Assembly: GCA_010093605.1 (NCBI GenBank)
Contig: MU004197.1
Span: 434,001 to 498,000, forward strand
Reading direction: 5' to 3'
Origin: Lophium mytilinum
Taxonomy: Eukaryota
Length of the DNA stretch: 64,000 nucleotides
Shown: piece by piece, positions 37,715 through 52,319 of the stretch
Numbering within the stretch: position 1 is the first letter of the stretch
How the letters are laid out: every line of letters begins with the position of its first letter
Notes under the pieces: generated by a model
Database searches by the model: none
Told to the model about the DNA's origin: nothing
What the model saw: the letters and a program-made list of their open reading frames with translations, nothing else
Program-made: the position numbers and the translations under genes

Positions 37715-39021
37715 ACCGACCCCAGCACCATCAGGCGGACAAGTCCCTTGCGCACGAGGGTACCGATGGCGAAGCCTGTGAGACCAGGGCCCATCGTTGC
37801 TGCGGTCGAGGACAGGCGAGCTGGTCCACTTTTCGGTTCCTCGTGCGCGACGCGTCGCAAGCGACGCACGACCGACTGGCTTGGTGCAGGCAAACACCAG
37901 ACACGTACCAGAAAGATCTACTGTTCTACGAGATTGAGTGGCATGCAGGGTGGAAAAAGAAGGAGAAGGATGGAGAGTCGAAGGTTGGTCCTTGGGTTGG
38001 CGAGTTGATATAGGTTTGGCCCACTAGCGCCTTGGCAGATGACTCATCAGCGTGGGCCGTTTAAGGAGGGGACAGGACGATCAACAGGACTGCTTAAAAT
38101 GCCCCCAGGCGACACGGCGAGGAGTCTGCTTGGAGTTCTGCCAGTTTCCACAACATTCCATGGTGATATGGGGCCGACCAAGATATGCACGTGACTCCAG
38201 CAAGCCAATCACCCTACTTCGAGACTTCCTTAGGTACCCCCTAGAGGTGCCCTTTAGCAATCTGGCTCTGCCATTCACTCTCGCCTCCTCCTTCATCAAG
38301 CATCTGATCGTCCCAAGAATGGTCCTGAACATCGACTCTCCCGGATCACCGTCTTCATCAGGAGATTTTCCCAAATCCATCTTACTCGCTCCATGAACCA
38401 TCCGAATGCTTGGCTCCCTGGCAACAAGACACAACAAGCTCATTCCAGGGTATTCACGGCTCCATGGAGGTCGGCGCACGCCACTCTCGATGAGATCCAA
38501 GATATTGTATGGGCCCCGGAGCGAAAAGGGCTACTGATGCGCCGCTTGGCTAGCTGTTCCTCTTAAGTCTGGATCATCCTGGGTTCTCTAAGCGGGAGCA
38601 TATAGACGGAGTAGTACGCCTCTCAGAGCATCCGGAACCGTTGTAGCACGCGACCATGTCGTACGCTCAGAAACACAACGGAAGGAGTGAATATTGGCTT
38701 GAAAAAGATTGGGTGAGGTAAGGAATGAAATTTAGGACTCTTATCGGGAAACACAAGCGGAAGATTAACGAGGCGGCAAGTGACATGGCGGGTGAAAATT
38801 CCATACTCCAGTTTCTCGATCATAATTGCTGGATTGCTTACGAGGTTGTCTTTGACTTTTGGAAGACAAAATCTTGAAAAAACCTACTGTGGAAACACAT
38901 CGAGAACCCGGAAGGGAGATGTCACGTTCTGCGCGGGAGAAAACATCGCTTTTGATAGATTCTGTCTGTCAATAGGAGAGCTCAGAGCCTTCCATTAGCT
39001 CTACTCCACATGCTCTCTTAC

Positions 39022-40170
39022 TCAGAAACCCAACAATTTCGCGAGTCCGGCCGAGTGCTCGGGCCAATTAGGCAAATCCGTCTCGAAATATTCAGCCATA
39101 ATCTTTCCTCCATCACCATTTGCGATATCATCACCGAGATCTAGATTCCGCTTAGGACCAGTAGCAATAGCTCGGCCTAGTAATAGCAATCAGTATTAGC
39201 GACAAAGAATTCAAGCAGGGTTGAATCAGCTCACCGTTGACCGTCTTATCATCAGCAAACAACAAAGCAGCATCAACAACCTGCTGTACCTGCCCTGGCG
39301 GCGCGCCAATCAGCGTAAACAACTTCACCAAATCCGTCACGAGAGGCGTCTCTATAATCCACGGCGCAATGAGATTCACTCGGATTCCCTTGGCCGAAAG
39401 AAGGGGCCGGATGACGCGGAAGAGCCCACGCGCCGCATACTTGGACGAGGTGTAGCTGGCCATCACCGGGAAATCGAGATACGCGACCAGCGACGCAACC
39501 AGGATGAGAGCCGGAGGATCTACCGCGGGCACAGAACGCGGCAGCGAGGAGTACAGCTCAAACAGCTTCGACGTGTAGTACAAGCCGATGCTGTTGATCT
39601 TATAGGCCATGATATTCGGCGCTGGAGGGTCTGTATCTAGCGTGAATGGGGGCGCGGTCGGGTCAGACCATAGGTCTCCCGCCACGCCGGCGGAAGCGAC
39701 GACAATGTCGATGGCATCGTGATTTGGGGAGAACTTGACGGTCGCTTTGAAGGCGGCAATTTGGGACTCCCAGGATGTTACGTCCGTGGCGACGAACTGG
39801 ACGCTAATGGAATCAGATCACCGGAGCTGAGGGGTTTGGATGGTGTGCGATTTCGACATACTTCAGACCCTTGTCTTGGAGCGATTTCGTGTATTCATTG
39901 CCGAGCTTTTCGTTGATATCCGCAATCGTAACATAGGCCCTGGAATGACCTCGAATTAGTGCGAGGGACTCAGGGATAGCGGTATATCTTCATTGGATTC
40001 AATAAGACGATCTCAACACACCCTTTCTCTGCATACGACAGCACAATGGCAGCGCCAAGCCCTGATGCCCCGCCGGTTATTAGAACACTCTTGCCCTTGA
40101 GTGAATCACCGGACCTGGGAACGGCGACTTCCTCTGGGCTCAGATATGCAGAAATGGGTATAGCAGACAT
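39022..40170 (-). CDS. Short-chain dehydrogenase/reductase (classical SDR); 3 introns
   Basis: VLITGGASGLG, TDVTSWESQ, VVASAGV, YTSSK catalytic YxxxK, GIRVNLIAPW; last exon GRAIATGP...LLGF*. Confidence 0.88.
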
Positions 40171-40831
40171 ATTCTCGGTGATGTGGAAAGCTGGAAGGAT
40201 GAGGATTGAAGCGCGAGGCAGCGCGCGGAAGATACGACTATATATATAGACCGCGAGGGCCAGGCGGGTGAGGCGCCTTATTATGCCGTTACGGCCAAAT
40301 ACCTTCGCAGGCCCTGAATCGGTCCGCCCGCATCACGCATTGCAGCATGCCTGCATGCCTCGCTACTGTACGTGCCGCAATGCTGCGACACGCGCCATAG
40401 GCCACCCAAACCACCGGGCGGGGCTCAGGCTACTGTCATTCGAGACTTTCGTAGCTAATGCATGATACACGTTTTGTAGTTAATGACCGAGTGCCTTATC
40501 CTTGACGACCGATTCAGGTCCCCGTTGGCTAGTTCAGGTCCTCGCTGTCTAGATCAGGACCACGTTGTCTAGTGCTATCTGCACTGACGATCTTGTCTTG
40601 TCCCGACTGCTATCACTACAGGAATTTTAAATCGTGAACCCGATATTGTCAAACACGAGCAGACCAGGCTTCCTTTCCATTGAGCTTACAGTGAGTTTCC
40701 GACTTATCCGCACAAGGCCTGCCGGTAGCGCTGCGAAGCGATTCCCTATTCCATACGGATATACATATGCCTGGACTCCGTTTTGCCTGTGACACCTGAA
40801 ACTTGACGAACGATCATGTGATTCCAACCGA

Positions 40832-42183
40832 TTATATCATTTCCTCCACTTTCCTCTCTTTCTTATCCTCCCGGTCGTTGCTCACGCTGATGTCGTATGT
40901 GACCTTGATGCCGTCCATATTCTGCCCCGGTGCGCCATGTCCTGGTGGATGATGTCCCTCAATCGCAACGCTCCGTAGCATTCTCCTCTGGCTCGCCGTA
41001 TCCTCATCGCTGATATCACTGCGCTCTCCTCCTCCATGTACTGTTGTCTCCATTCCGCCTTTCGACACGTCGCGCAATCGGTAGCTTCCAGGAAACGGCC
41101 TCGGAGTATGGTCGTTCGTGTACGGGGAAGGGTCCTTTGAGCTGCCAAAGATCTTGTTGAAAAGCGGCTTCAGCGTGGCAACGGATCCGGCGATGATGCC
41201 AAGGCCAATCTCGACAACTGACCAGATCACAAGGTCTGCCAGTCCATCTACAAGGATACTGTTAGTCAATTCCGGCGATTCCCTAAGCGTAAACATCTTA
41301 CAGAGGTAGTCGTTTGCGTTTCTATAATTCGGAATGAACTTCAAGCGGATCAGAGTCGCGGTACTCGCCCTTTACGCAGTTATTGGTTAGCAACACTGAA
41401 CCAGCACCGGAGTTCTGAGACTGAACTTACACAGCGCCCATGCCCAAAACTAAAACGATGGAGATCTTAAGCTTCGTGCGCATTTGGATGTCATAGAGGA
41501 TGAACGCTGGCAGGACCGCGCATGTCCAATCTGTGAGGATATTCGTTCCCGATACCAGATAGGTGAGAGCTATGATGACATTGATGGAGCTGCATTTTCC
41601 TCCTTTGATCGTCTTGTCCCAGGTAAATGCCATGGGGCGACAGGAAGACCAGACTCCAACGTTCGAGATAATCGCCGCAATGATTGACAGTGCTATAAGC
41701 GTCCACAGAATCATCTTGAACAATTTGTTGGTCGTGATACGTAAAAGCGAGATGCAAATGGATGCTTTTATGGGAACCGTGCTCGTGATGAAGAATATTT
41801 GCCAGAAGGAGAAATACTATTCCCCGTTAGCAAGTAGGGAGGGAAAAACTCGAGAAGGTTAACGTACCATCACTCCGTCACGCATCTCTGCAGCAGAAGC
41901 ACCGTAGTTATGAACGCCGACTCCATGATATGCGGCGACCGTTGACATAGCAATCGTTAGAGCAAATAGCACCTGGATCAACCTTAGTTCTTTTGCTCTG
42001 CTAAATTAAAGCCTGTTTTGGATTGACGAGGGTACTTACCAGACCGGCGACCAACAAGTAGTCATCTGCACCTATAGCGCTTCGAGTAGCTCGAACATAT
42101 ATCCGTAAGGCCAGTGCAAGGGCAGAAATTGGGAAGAAGACAAAGTTTATCACCACAAGCGTCAATGCCTTCTCTTTGAGCAT
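40832..42183 (-). CDS. PTH11-like (fungal rhodopsin-domain) integral membrane protein without CFEM; several introns
   Basis: ALRIYVR...GADDYL, IKASICISLLRI, CRPMAFTWDKTIKGGKC, TDWTCAVLP, WSVVEIGLGIIAGS..TLKPL. Confidence 0.88.
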
Positions 42184-44841
42184 GATTGCCGTGAGGTGGA
42201 ATTTCGAGGTTGGGTGAGATGTAAGTAAAGCGAGAAAGGAAGCGCAAATAGGACTGGAAGAGGTCGATGGAAGTAAGGAGGTCGAGAGGCATGAGCGCCT
42301 TCAGGCCTCTTTGCGGAACAGAACTCTCCTTGGCGATGCGCTCCTAGGTTTTGATGATCTCACCACCCTGTGAACGAACAGGGTGATGGAACATGAGCAT
42401 GATGTGCAGTGAGCACTTCGCTTGGAATTGAGGCTGGCCCCACAGCCCCATATGAAGACCGTTGCGTGCAAAGCTTTCCAACAGGGACTCCAGAGAGGCC
42501 CGGCCTGGCGGAGGCACAGGGTAGTTTGGTGTCGGGAAAGCCATCATATGAAGCCATACCCCGAAAAAAGTCTAAACCTCTTGCCGGAGTGAACTCTGTT
42601 TTCGAACCTAGCATCTGAGGCGTTCCCTGTCAAAACGGCGGCATATAGATTTGGACGTATCGCTGTTTTCGGTCACACCGCCCATTCTCTTATTGGCGAC
42701 AGAGGCCCGCTCTTGGACGCCAACTCTTCGGAAACCGAGTATCCAGGGAGTTGGGTTGCGAACCCATTTCCCCTGCGCAGGGTCACCCGTTTGCGATGCT
42801 GGCGCGCCACATGCCTTACAGCCGAGTTGTCCATGCCCAGGAGTCAATCTGAGACCTGCCGATCGCTCCCACAACGGGCGCCCTCCAAGGATGAATCCTG
42901 CACGCAGCGGTAGTTCGGTGAGCGAACTCTTGGACCTAGGAATAGCGTATAGGACATGTGTTGGTATTGATGCAATGCCACTACACTTACGCAAGGAAAG
43001 GGCTTCATGTATTGGAAAGAATGCTTCGTTACCAGGGATCTAAAGAAGCAATCGAATTCGTAAAGAAAGGACTCTGACAGCCGACCCGCTGTCACGCTGA
43101 CTCGCGAGCCGACCCGCTTGTGGAGACAAGGTGGTGGCGGGCGGGTCGCATTCCCTGTTCCCCGTGGTTGGGTGTGTAGAGATGGTGGCATTGCTCCCTT
43201 GTTCCCCGTCGTGAGGCTTAAGGCTAGACCCCAAAATATCGATTTTTGGGACGATCCCGTCAAGGTCCGGGTCGTGCCCGAATGCACGGTACTCGGCAGT
43301 CCGAGTGTCGGCGGCAAGCACCCGTACCCGGGACTAAGATTTCGACAGATATGTACCCGTTCTTTCCAGTTGCTCCTTCACAGCTTCACAGAAGTAAAGA
43401 CTCTGATCGTAAATATCCAACAAGTTTTGTGAGAGTTGCTTCTCAATAGTGCAAATATGTATGTCCGAGAGAAAGCCGTCCTATACAAGATGTCCGACGC
43501 GTTGAATAGTACTAGTACAGGGGTCGGTATAACTACCTAGGATCGGAGCAATATCTTCGGCAGTTGGCGACGAGAAAACCTCATTTCAGGAGGAAGGCAT
43601 GAAAAGTAGCTACTGATGATGCTAGTTACAACGCACTGCAGGATCCTCTGTATGTATGCATTGTTGTATAGGCCTGACAGTTCTGCTTATATCAAGCGTG
43701 TATGTTTAGGTTTCTCATATATATCTAGGCGTGAGCGAGAAACAACGGAATGCCCCTGCATTTCCCCCTCCAAATCACCTACTCCGCGGAGCCAAAGGAT
43801 GTGGGGAATTCGGAGGCGTTATTCATGCACTTTCAAGACTAGCAGGGTCGCTCCTAGGAGACATTGTGTACTGTGGATTCACTGCAGGCCCCCCTAGATG
43901 GAAGCGGGCTAAGCCCAAGTACCGTGTTGACTCGGTCGAACAGAAGCCCACCCTGACACGCTATCTTAACCATAACTTTCCAGCGTATCACATCAAGTCC
44001 AACGGTTTGAGGTGCGGCCCGAAAGCGTCTCAGCGAGCCTGACACCTGGGCACGCTAGTCGATCCCCGAAACCGAAGAGCGCAAAAGGATCCGATACAGA
44101 TTTGTTGATTCGGAAAGCAATGCCTTCGAGAGTGCCCAACCGCCCAACTCGGGTTCCCTGGTTTCTCGTGCGTATCCACCATAGGAGTTGTCGGGGTTGG
44201 CTTTGACTCACTCATACGTCAACTAGATTCTCTCTAGGGTAGGCTGAGCCAGCATCGGAGGGCATCTCCAGTCGATCTGTTACCATCTCCGTACATGCTC
44301 GCGATGCTGGTCTTTGGAATCTTCTTTGGAATCTTCTGAGGATACCTTTCTGGATATCTTTTACACCTTTTTAGATACTCTCTCACCGCTCCTCTCAATT
44401 ACCTCCGGTTTCGTTGTAGTGGTAGGATGAAAGTGATGCAGAAAGCTCACTTAAAACACACCGTTAGAGCTATAATACAGGGATCCTGCTGTCAACATAG
44501 CAGTTCCTAACCGTTAGGGTGTCTAGCACGTGACTAGGACCTACATTAACCATGTACCTTGTCTTCGCAAACCCAGACACCTCTCTTCACACGCGATCTT
44601 CAGCCTACTGTGTACGCGTTCCAACCTTGCAACTCACCGCCAAAGTGGGACGGTCGGCAACTAGTCGGCAATTGAAAGCTCGGAGTTTGGGCCACTATCA
44701 CGCTGACAGGTTCAAGAGATCAACAAGCGCCTCGAGAGCGACGTCCGGATTCTCTCAGAGACATCGGCAATGCCATTGCCGAAGACATCGATCTCACTTC
44801 CATGATTCGTACATGCTTATCTGCTGATTTTGCTAGCATTT

Positions 44842-44960
44842 GACTCGAACGTCTCCTGGAAGGTGACGATCCCCTCCAAATAAGCAATGCAATGGCGAGA
44901 CTCGAACGTCTCCTAGAGGCAGCCATCCCCTCCGAATAAGCAATGCGATGGCGAGACTCA
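44842..44960. repeat. ~57-bp tandem duplication just 3' of the SDR gene
   Basis: gactcgaacgtctcct...atcccctcc.aataagcaatgc.atggcga twice. Confidence 0.8.
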
Positions 44961-44973
44961 ATCCGCTCTATCA

Positions 44974-46112
44974 TCAGATGCCCAACCTCGCGCCTCCATC
45001 TACGCCCCGTTAGCCACCCATTCCAGACCATGCAGACACCAAAGAGGAACGACTCACCAATAATCACATTCTCCCCCGTCGAGTAGCTCGCCTTCGCTAA
45101 GTACAAATACGCCTCAGCGATATCCTCTGGCGTCGCTACGAAGCCCACCGGCAGCTTCGTGTTCGCAAACGTTTTCTGCTGCTGCTCCTCGCTCTGTCCT
45201 AGCTTGCCCCACAGCTCTGTCCTCACGAGTCCGGGGGTCACGACGTTGACTCGGATCCCTTTCTCGGCAAGGTCACCGGCTAGGCCTTTGGTCAACGAGA
45301 TGACGCCCCCGTTGAGCCCGCTGCCAGTCGCGGCGCCTTTGCCGGGCTTGAGGGCGGCAGTGCCGGAGGTGAGGGTTAAAGAGCCGCCGCGGTTGATGAT
45401 GTTGTGTTTCTTGACCGCTGGAACGAGACCTGTTAGCGCTGACTACCTACCTATACCTCGCGGACTGTAAGTCGGCAAAGATAGAAGAGAAGTAGAACAA
45501 AAAGGTACGATAACAAACGGAACAAGCATAGTAGCCGAAGAAGAATAAGAAGCATGGTAGAATAAGAAAGTAGAAAAGAAGTAGAAAAGCAGTAGAAGAA
45601 GAGTATGGAGAAAATCACCACCCACCCTTCCCGACCGTCACAGCCCCCCAAAACTTCACGCCAAAGAGATGTTTCGCATTCTCGAGATCCAGATCCTCTA
45701 GCGCCCCGCGGATGATTTTATCCACGCCGGAAAACACTACATGATCGACCGGCCCTAGCTTCTGCAGCAGTGCGACGAATGCGGCTTCATCGCGCACGTC
45801 ACCGACTTCACCAGAAGCATTAGGGGAGTCGAGGCGTTTGACAGCATCCTTGACGTGGTCTTGGTTGGATGAGATCACCGTGACTTTGGCGCCGGCGTCG
45901 AGGAAGGCGGAGGCGGCGCCGAAGCCGATGCTGCCTCGGGGGGTTAGTAGATATTTTGGGAGAGTTTAGGAGAAGAAATCTAAATTTGAACCACACTGAT
46001 AGGTTCTACATGGTAGATGATAAATTGATTTAGCGGCGAGAGGTACGTACCCAGATGTCCCGCCGACAACGATGACGGACTTGCCAACGAGTTTGTCTGC
46101 TGATTTGACCAT
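44974..46112 (-). CDS. Short-chain dehydrogenase/reductase; 3 introns, one with a CT-rich low-complexity expansion
   Basis: MVKSADKLVGKSVIVVGGTSG|IGFG, VKFWGAV, GSLTLTSG, IRVNVVTPGLVRTELW, YSTGENVII|DGGARLGI*. Confidence 0.88.
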
Positions 46113-46578
46113 TTTGGGCGGCGCGTTTCTGTGTTAGCTAATTGTTGGGAGTGTATATTCAGAGGGGGTGGGCCGTGAGTGCTAATTATTTATGGTCGCT
46201 GAGGTTGGTGATGGCGGAATGGGTGATCTAATTTACGCGATTGAGGTTATGGCGTCAAACCCCGCAGGGATTTGAAATCAACCATCGAGACATAGGTTGA
46301 CGATATGAAGGTGATTTATTGTGTGTTTTCTTTTTCAAAGGGAGAGGTAGGTATGTCATAGCGTAACGAAGCTGACATTCTCGTCGTTGGTGTGCTAGTC
46401 ACGTGTCTAGGGCCTGACGTAGAGCATGCAAAAGACTAATGTCTAAACAAGGCGTCATGGGCTAAAATCATCTTCTCATTCTTCTTCCTGTCCTTACGGC
46501 TGGAAATGAGGGGTTAAATCGACGTGCGGAAAGCTATTTCAAGTTACGCTTAGCACAGATAAGTCACGTGCTCTTCAT

Positions 46579-48432
46579 TCAACCCCACAGAATATTCAAC
46601 CTCCGCCATCCCCTAGCTTTAGGAACTTCTTCCTCAGGTCTGCTCACGATCTCGTCTAGCGCCGCACGTAAAGGCACATCATCTAGCGACAGTATCTTGG
46701 TCCTTTTGAGAAACTTCCAGCCGAAGTATGCTGTTAGTACAAGCGGTATATCCCTACACGGACGAGACGTGTTAGTACTGACTCCAACTTCATGCGTAGA
46801 CCAGAACTGAAACTCACAGATAGGCGGAGATGAAGGTAGCTTTATCCCAATTCCCCTTGATAAAGACCGTGAACCCTCCAGTCAGAAGGAAAATGATGCA
46901 AGACACCAGTGCAAACCAAGACGTGTAAGCTACATCATCGTCAGCATCGTTCACAAATAACGTAGAAGGAGTCTTACGAGTCCACCAATGATGCCACGGC
47001 AACTCCTCTCTCGCTATACCTTGCCGCTTCAATGCCTGGTGCAACCGAATATGATTCCAAGCAATGACGCTCCAGCTAATCAACACCGCAGACGCCGTGA
47101 GATCTAGGAACCAGTAAAAGACCGTCAGGGCGTTGTTCGAGAGACTCATGTATGCGAGGCAAGCGATCAGAGTCTGCGCGATAACAGCGACCCACGGAAT
47201 ACCCCATTTCGTAGTGAGCAAAAAGATACGCGGTGCCTGGTTCTTGAGCGCCAACCCGTATAAGATCCGGGTGCCAGCAAGCATACTCTGATTCCCAGCC
47301 GACCACGCGGAAGTGAGCACCACAGCGTTGATAATAGACGGAACAGCCTTGATCCCCGCGCGGGTCGCGGCCAATACAAAGGGACTCTGCGACGCGTTTC
47401 CAGAGTAGTTGTTCAGATCATCGTCAGTGCTCGGAACCACCATACCCACAATCAGAACCGCGAGGATATAGAAGATCGTCACCCTCGCAAAAACCCTCTT
47501 ACACGCTTTCGGAATATTCTGCCGCGGATTCTGCGTCTCAGCCGCCGCAACCGACAAGCTCTCAATCCCCGAAAATGAGTACACCGCGTTATTCATCACA
47601 GCCCAAAACCCCAGAAAGCGGCCCCAAGCCCCCGGGATCTCAAGGTACTGCGCAAACGGCCCCGGGTGGTTCCAATACCGGAACCCGATTCGTCCTTGCC
47701 CAGGAACCCCGCCGAGGTCAATCACCAAGCCCATAAGAATAATCCCCACAATCAGCATTATCTTCAAGATGGCGAGCCAGAACTCGATCTCGCCATACAC
47801 CCCAATGAAGATAATGCCCACCAGAAACGTGAGCACGATGAAGATGGTGATCCACAGCGCCGCGTACTTCTCGGTCCAGAACTGGATTAGCACGAGCGCG
47901 GCGGAGATCTCGGCGGGCACGGAGAGGTAGGCGCCGTACACGACGTTCCAGCCGACGGCGAAGCCCAACGCGGGGTCGAAGAGGAATTCGGCGTGGCGTA
48001 CGAAGGAGCCGGTGACGGGGAAGAGGGCGGAGGTCTCGCCGAGGGCGAATTGCACGGAGCAGACGACGGCGCCGATGAGGGCGTAGCCGAGGAGGGCGCC
48101 GAGGGGGCCGCCGGTTTGGAGAGCGCCGCCGAGGGAGAGGAAGAGACCTGTGCCCTGGGGGTGTGTTAAGAGGGTAGATGAGAAATTGTTTGGTTTTGCG
48201 TAATTGATGAGATAGACTTCGCACGTGACGATGTTTATATAGTGGAAGGGTAGAAAGAACTTACAATTGCGCCTGCTAGAGCTATCATCTGAATATGTCT
48301 CTGCTTCAAAGACCGCGATAGATTCTTCTCCTCTTGGTCCTCGACGATATGCTGTTTTTCGAAATCTGCATCGTCGAATTCCGCACCCCTGCTTGGCGCA
48401 AGCTCGATGCCATGATTGTCTAAATTGGCCAT
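46579..48432 (-). CDS. Amino-acid permease (APC/YAT family); 3 introns
   Basis: RSLKQRHIQMIALAGAI|GTGLF, YGEIEFW, IGFRYW, ETQNPRQNIPKA, SPFVLA, SAWSAGN; last exon ends LNILWG*. Confidence 0.93.
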
Positions 48433-48987
48433 TCTCGCGTCGGGGAAGGTTAAGACGAAACACTACAGCTTCAACATGCTGGACAGAACTTGTTGAAGTA
48501 GAGGAGGCTGAGGAAAAGAAGACGCGATGTCGTGATATCGCGGCGGAATAGCGGTGGTTCGCAGGATTATACCTTATTGCACCACCTGCCGTAGTTGGGA
48601 TAGCGTTAAGTCTAGCGAGCGATACTAGAACGACTATAGCTTACGCCCGGCAAGCCCTGCCAGAACCGGTGAAGTTAGAGTATGGCGTAGCCGTGATTGG
48701 ATGAAGTCGAGAAAATGGCTTGAATTAGTTACTCGCAATTTTTTTCGGGCGAAACGAAGGTGCGGTCAAGCTTAGTTATATGTTAAATATGCTTTCGCAC
48801 GAAAGATTTGAGAAATATATTATTGGTAAAAAGGCGAGCTCTTTTAGAGCTCTAGTGACCGAAAGCGAACCTTCCGTAAAGCTTGCGAGACTAGAAATGC
48901 GAGGATGACCGAAATGAGTAACCGTACCACGCAACTCCACACCCTCTACCACCCACTCTCTACAAAGGCAACCCCCAACAAACCCCT

Positions 48988-50847
48988 TTAAGCAGACCAA
49001 CGCCCGTCACGCCTCTCTTTGCCCTGCTTAACAACCAGCGACCCATACCCATCCGTGTTCGTGTTGAAAATAGTGGGGCAGTTCGCAGTCGCCTCAACAC
49101 TAGCCAAATTTCCCTTCACCGCGCCAGCACAATTCCCCTTCGCCTCCTTCCCGTTACTCCAGCAGAGCCACTGCCCTGCAGCCGGGATAGCTTGGCTCTT
49201 CTGTAGCTGCGTTGGGGCCTCAACCAGCGTAGCCGCCATGCCAGCCGCAAGATGCCAGTCGATGTGACAATGGAAGAACCAAACGCCAGGGTTGTCAGCT
49301 CTGAAACGCAGCACGAAGTAGCCTTTCGCGGGTACGACTGCGACGTCGCGTTTCATTGGTATAGTAGGGAAGTTCTTAGTGTTGCCATCCCAGACACCAG
49401 TGCCACGGGCAACGACTTGGTACTCGTGACCGTGCATGTGCATTGGATGAGGGTGCGACTCTGGGTTCGTGAGCACGATCTCGATGATACTGTTGGCAGC
49501 GAGGACGGAGGCGGCGGCACCGATACCGTAGGTTGCGGGGTTATTGGCATCGGGCCCGGTTGTGAGGGCTGTGTACAGAGAAGGTACTTCGGGCTCAACC
49601 CAGGGTTGTTGGGCAAGAGAGATACTGGAGGTTGTCAGTCTGGGAAGAAGTTTGGAGAGAATCAACGCATACCGTGATCCAATACCAGGATAGTTCTTCT
49701 GATTGATGTACCACTTGATTTTCTGATCCGGTGCTCCTAGTAACTTCTGGCCATCGAGTGGCTGCAGGGTAAAATCATCGAGAGTCGTGGATGGGGACAG
49801 TGAAGGATTGGAGATGACGGAGCCAAGCATCGGTAAAATGACCCCTCCCGACTTGTAGAGACATTTTCCGGTGTAGTCCGTTTTGAAGCCAGATGGAACT
49901 GAGTCGAACATATCGGTCGCCATCTTCACCAAGTACCCGACACTGTTCTTTGGGTTCGCCAAACCTTGAATCACGATATCGTAGCGTTGTCCAGCGCAGA
50001 TGGTGATGGCCGATGTTGTCTTTGGAACGACTGGGATATCGGATTAGGTTACTTGAGCCTTTTGATACACTGATGTAATGGAACTTACCGTGAACGCCGT
50101 CAATGCCAACAACCGTTATATCGTGGTTTTCTGTGAAGTTTGAGTACTTCAACCGCGTTGTTGAACAAGGGACAGCTTACGGAACTGAATGGACGAGCAG
50201 GAGAGAGCACCCATATTGACGATCCTGAGTAGGTATTTCTTGCCGGGTTCGAATGTGATATCCGGAGGCGTGGAGGAGTCATTGACCAGCATAGAGTCTG
50301 GAATGGGGAGAACGCCTGTAGGGTTATCAGGGCTCAAATACTTGTGCAGCAGCACGGGCATCTGTTCATGATACCAATCAGAGACGCTGAAATGAACTTG
50401 TTCATCAACTCCAAGGCTCTTCTCCCATGCTGGGTCGTGCACAATCATCTGGCCACGGAAACCGTCGGGGTATTGTCCTTTGTCATGGCTATGATACCAG
50501 AAGGTTCCGGCTGGGTAGGCCGTGAATTGGTATGTGTACTCGCCACCAGGTGGAATGGAGCACTGCGATACACCGACAGGGCCGTCGGAGGGACTAGTGC
50601 CAACTTGAAGCATGCCGTGGAAATGAATGGACGTGGTCTCGTTGCCGAGGAGGTTCCTGGCTTTCACAATAACGGTGTCGCCCAAGTCGGCCTCGATGAT
50701 TGGAAGGGGCCATTGCTTGTTCATGGCGATGACAGGACGCGAGAATCCATCTGGCGCAGCATTGACCCAAGTAATGTCGAAATTGTACGTGACAGTTTTA
50801 GCTAGACAGCTAACGAAGAAAGCAAAGAAGATAAGGATCGAAGACAT
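48988..50847 (-). CDS. Secreted multicopper oxidase, Fet3/Abr1-like, no C-terminal TM anchor; 3 introns
   Basis: Signal peptide; HFHG, WYHSH, HPMHMHGH, HCHIDWHLAAGM copper motifs; GQYPDGFRG. Confidence 0.92.
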
Positions 50848-52319
50848 GGTTGAAGCCAGCAAACGAGAAAAGAAAGGAACAAAACGAGGTGCGATGTGAG
50901 AAAAAACCAAGCCTACAAGATCACCATGCAATTTATACCCCATTATCCCATTCCCTCAGTCCCCCCCATCGGCGATTTCCTGGCGCCGTTGACGGCATCT
51001 CTCCGGTCGTCAAGAGGTAGAGCTGAAGAATCCACCAGCAATAGCAGGCAAGGCGTGGTTAGCAGTAAGGCCAAGTTCCATAAGAAATATCGCGGCGAGG
51101 GCGAGCAAAGCCACATCCAGGAACCGGAAGGGACTGCGGCGAAGGATATGCCATGGGGATCCGTCATAGGAAGCCCCATGTCACTAGGGCTCACAATGCG
51201 TTTCTGGTAATTGGGCCATGGGTCGAGACATGCAGGTTGGGTGCAGAGATTCAATCTCCTTGGGACGAGGTACAGCATGCATCGGAAACTGAGACCGCTG
51301 CACAGATGTCTGTGCTTCCGATGAGGATCTTGAGTTACCACGGAGAAGAAAAGAAGACGTTGGATTGGTTCCGGGAAGTTTAAATCAGTAGCCGAGAGAG
51401 CGGCAAAAGATACCTGCGTCATGTTGAGTACCACAGCACGGCCTAATGCTGCGGCTCTGATTAATTTGGGCATCCTGATGGTTTGGTAGCGAATCCTGTG
51501 TTCCGTGAAGGACCCGATGGCGGGATGGGTCATTGAGTCTACATCCTTCGATTGGTGGTGCAAGATCGAGCAACTGGATTTCCACGCAAGGAAAAAAAGG
51601 CGACAGCACAAAATCAAGCTTTGGGATAAGCCTTTCCAGGTATATGGATGAGATGGATGAGATGGCGGAGATGGCGAGGAAAGGCGTTGATTAGTTCTCG
51701 TCGCGCGTCTCGGGAGGGGCTGCGGAACCGGGCCGGTCCAGCTGCAGATGCGCTTCAGATCTCATATTCCCGAAGACCCTGACAAGTCAACCTCACGTTT
51801 TTGACGTTGTGCATCTCGCCGATTGATTTTCAAGTCGGGGCCTAGATCATAGTGGGACAGTGGATAGGGCTTGATACCCAGCCGGCGGGATTGTTGCGCG
51901 GAGGTCGCAGCCACGAGCTGAATGTGAGCATTGGAGCGGACGAGTTGCGGAAAATCCGATGCGAATCTGCAACACAGCTCTTTGGGAAGCACCGATGCAA
52001 GAGGAGTGCTCGAAAGAGTTTAGGAGATATGCCTCTGTTTACAGGCACGCGTGTACGCGTCGTGATCCCCTGCGTCATAGATCAAGTTATGTCCGCTAAT
52101 CCCGCTGCCAACTTTCCACTGAAGCAGCAACAATACCCAGGAACTATCCTTATACTATACCAGATATGGGATAGAAGCTAGGTTAGATCAACGCGTCAGA
52201 AAGCTTAGGATTCCGGCTACCGATCTTTCTGCGTTTTATCTCCTGTTCCTCTCAACCTTGTCGTATCGTACATTCTACCCTGAACCAGGGCAACCACAAC
52301 ACTCACAAGCCTCGTTACA

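Noticed and set aside
42300..44500. Numerous overlapping 60-160 aa ORFs upstream of the PTH11-like gene
   Set aside because: No motifs or coding bias; most consistent with a long regulatory intergenic region
50943..51617. 224-aa ORF upstream of the multicopper oxidase
   Set aside because: Non-ATG start, no domain, lies in the divergent promoter region
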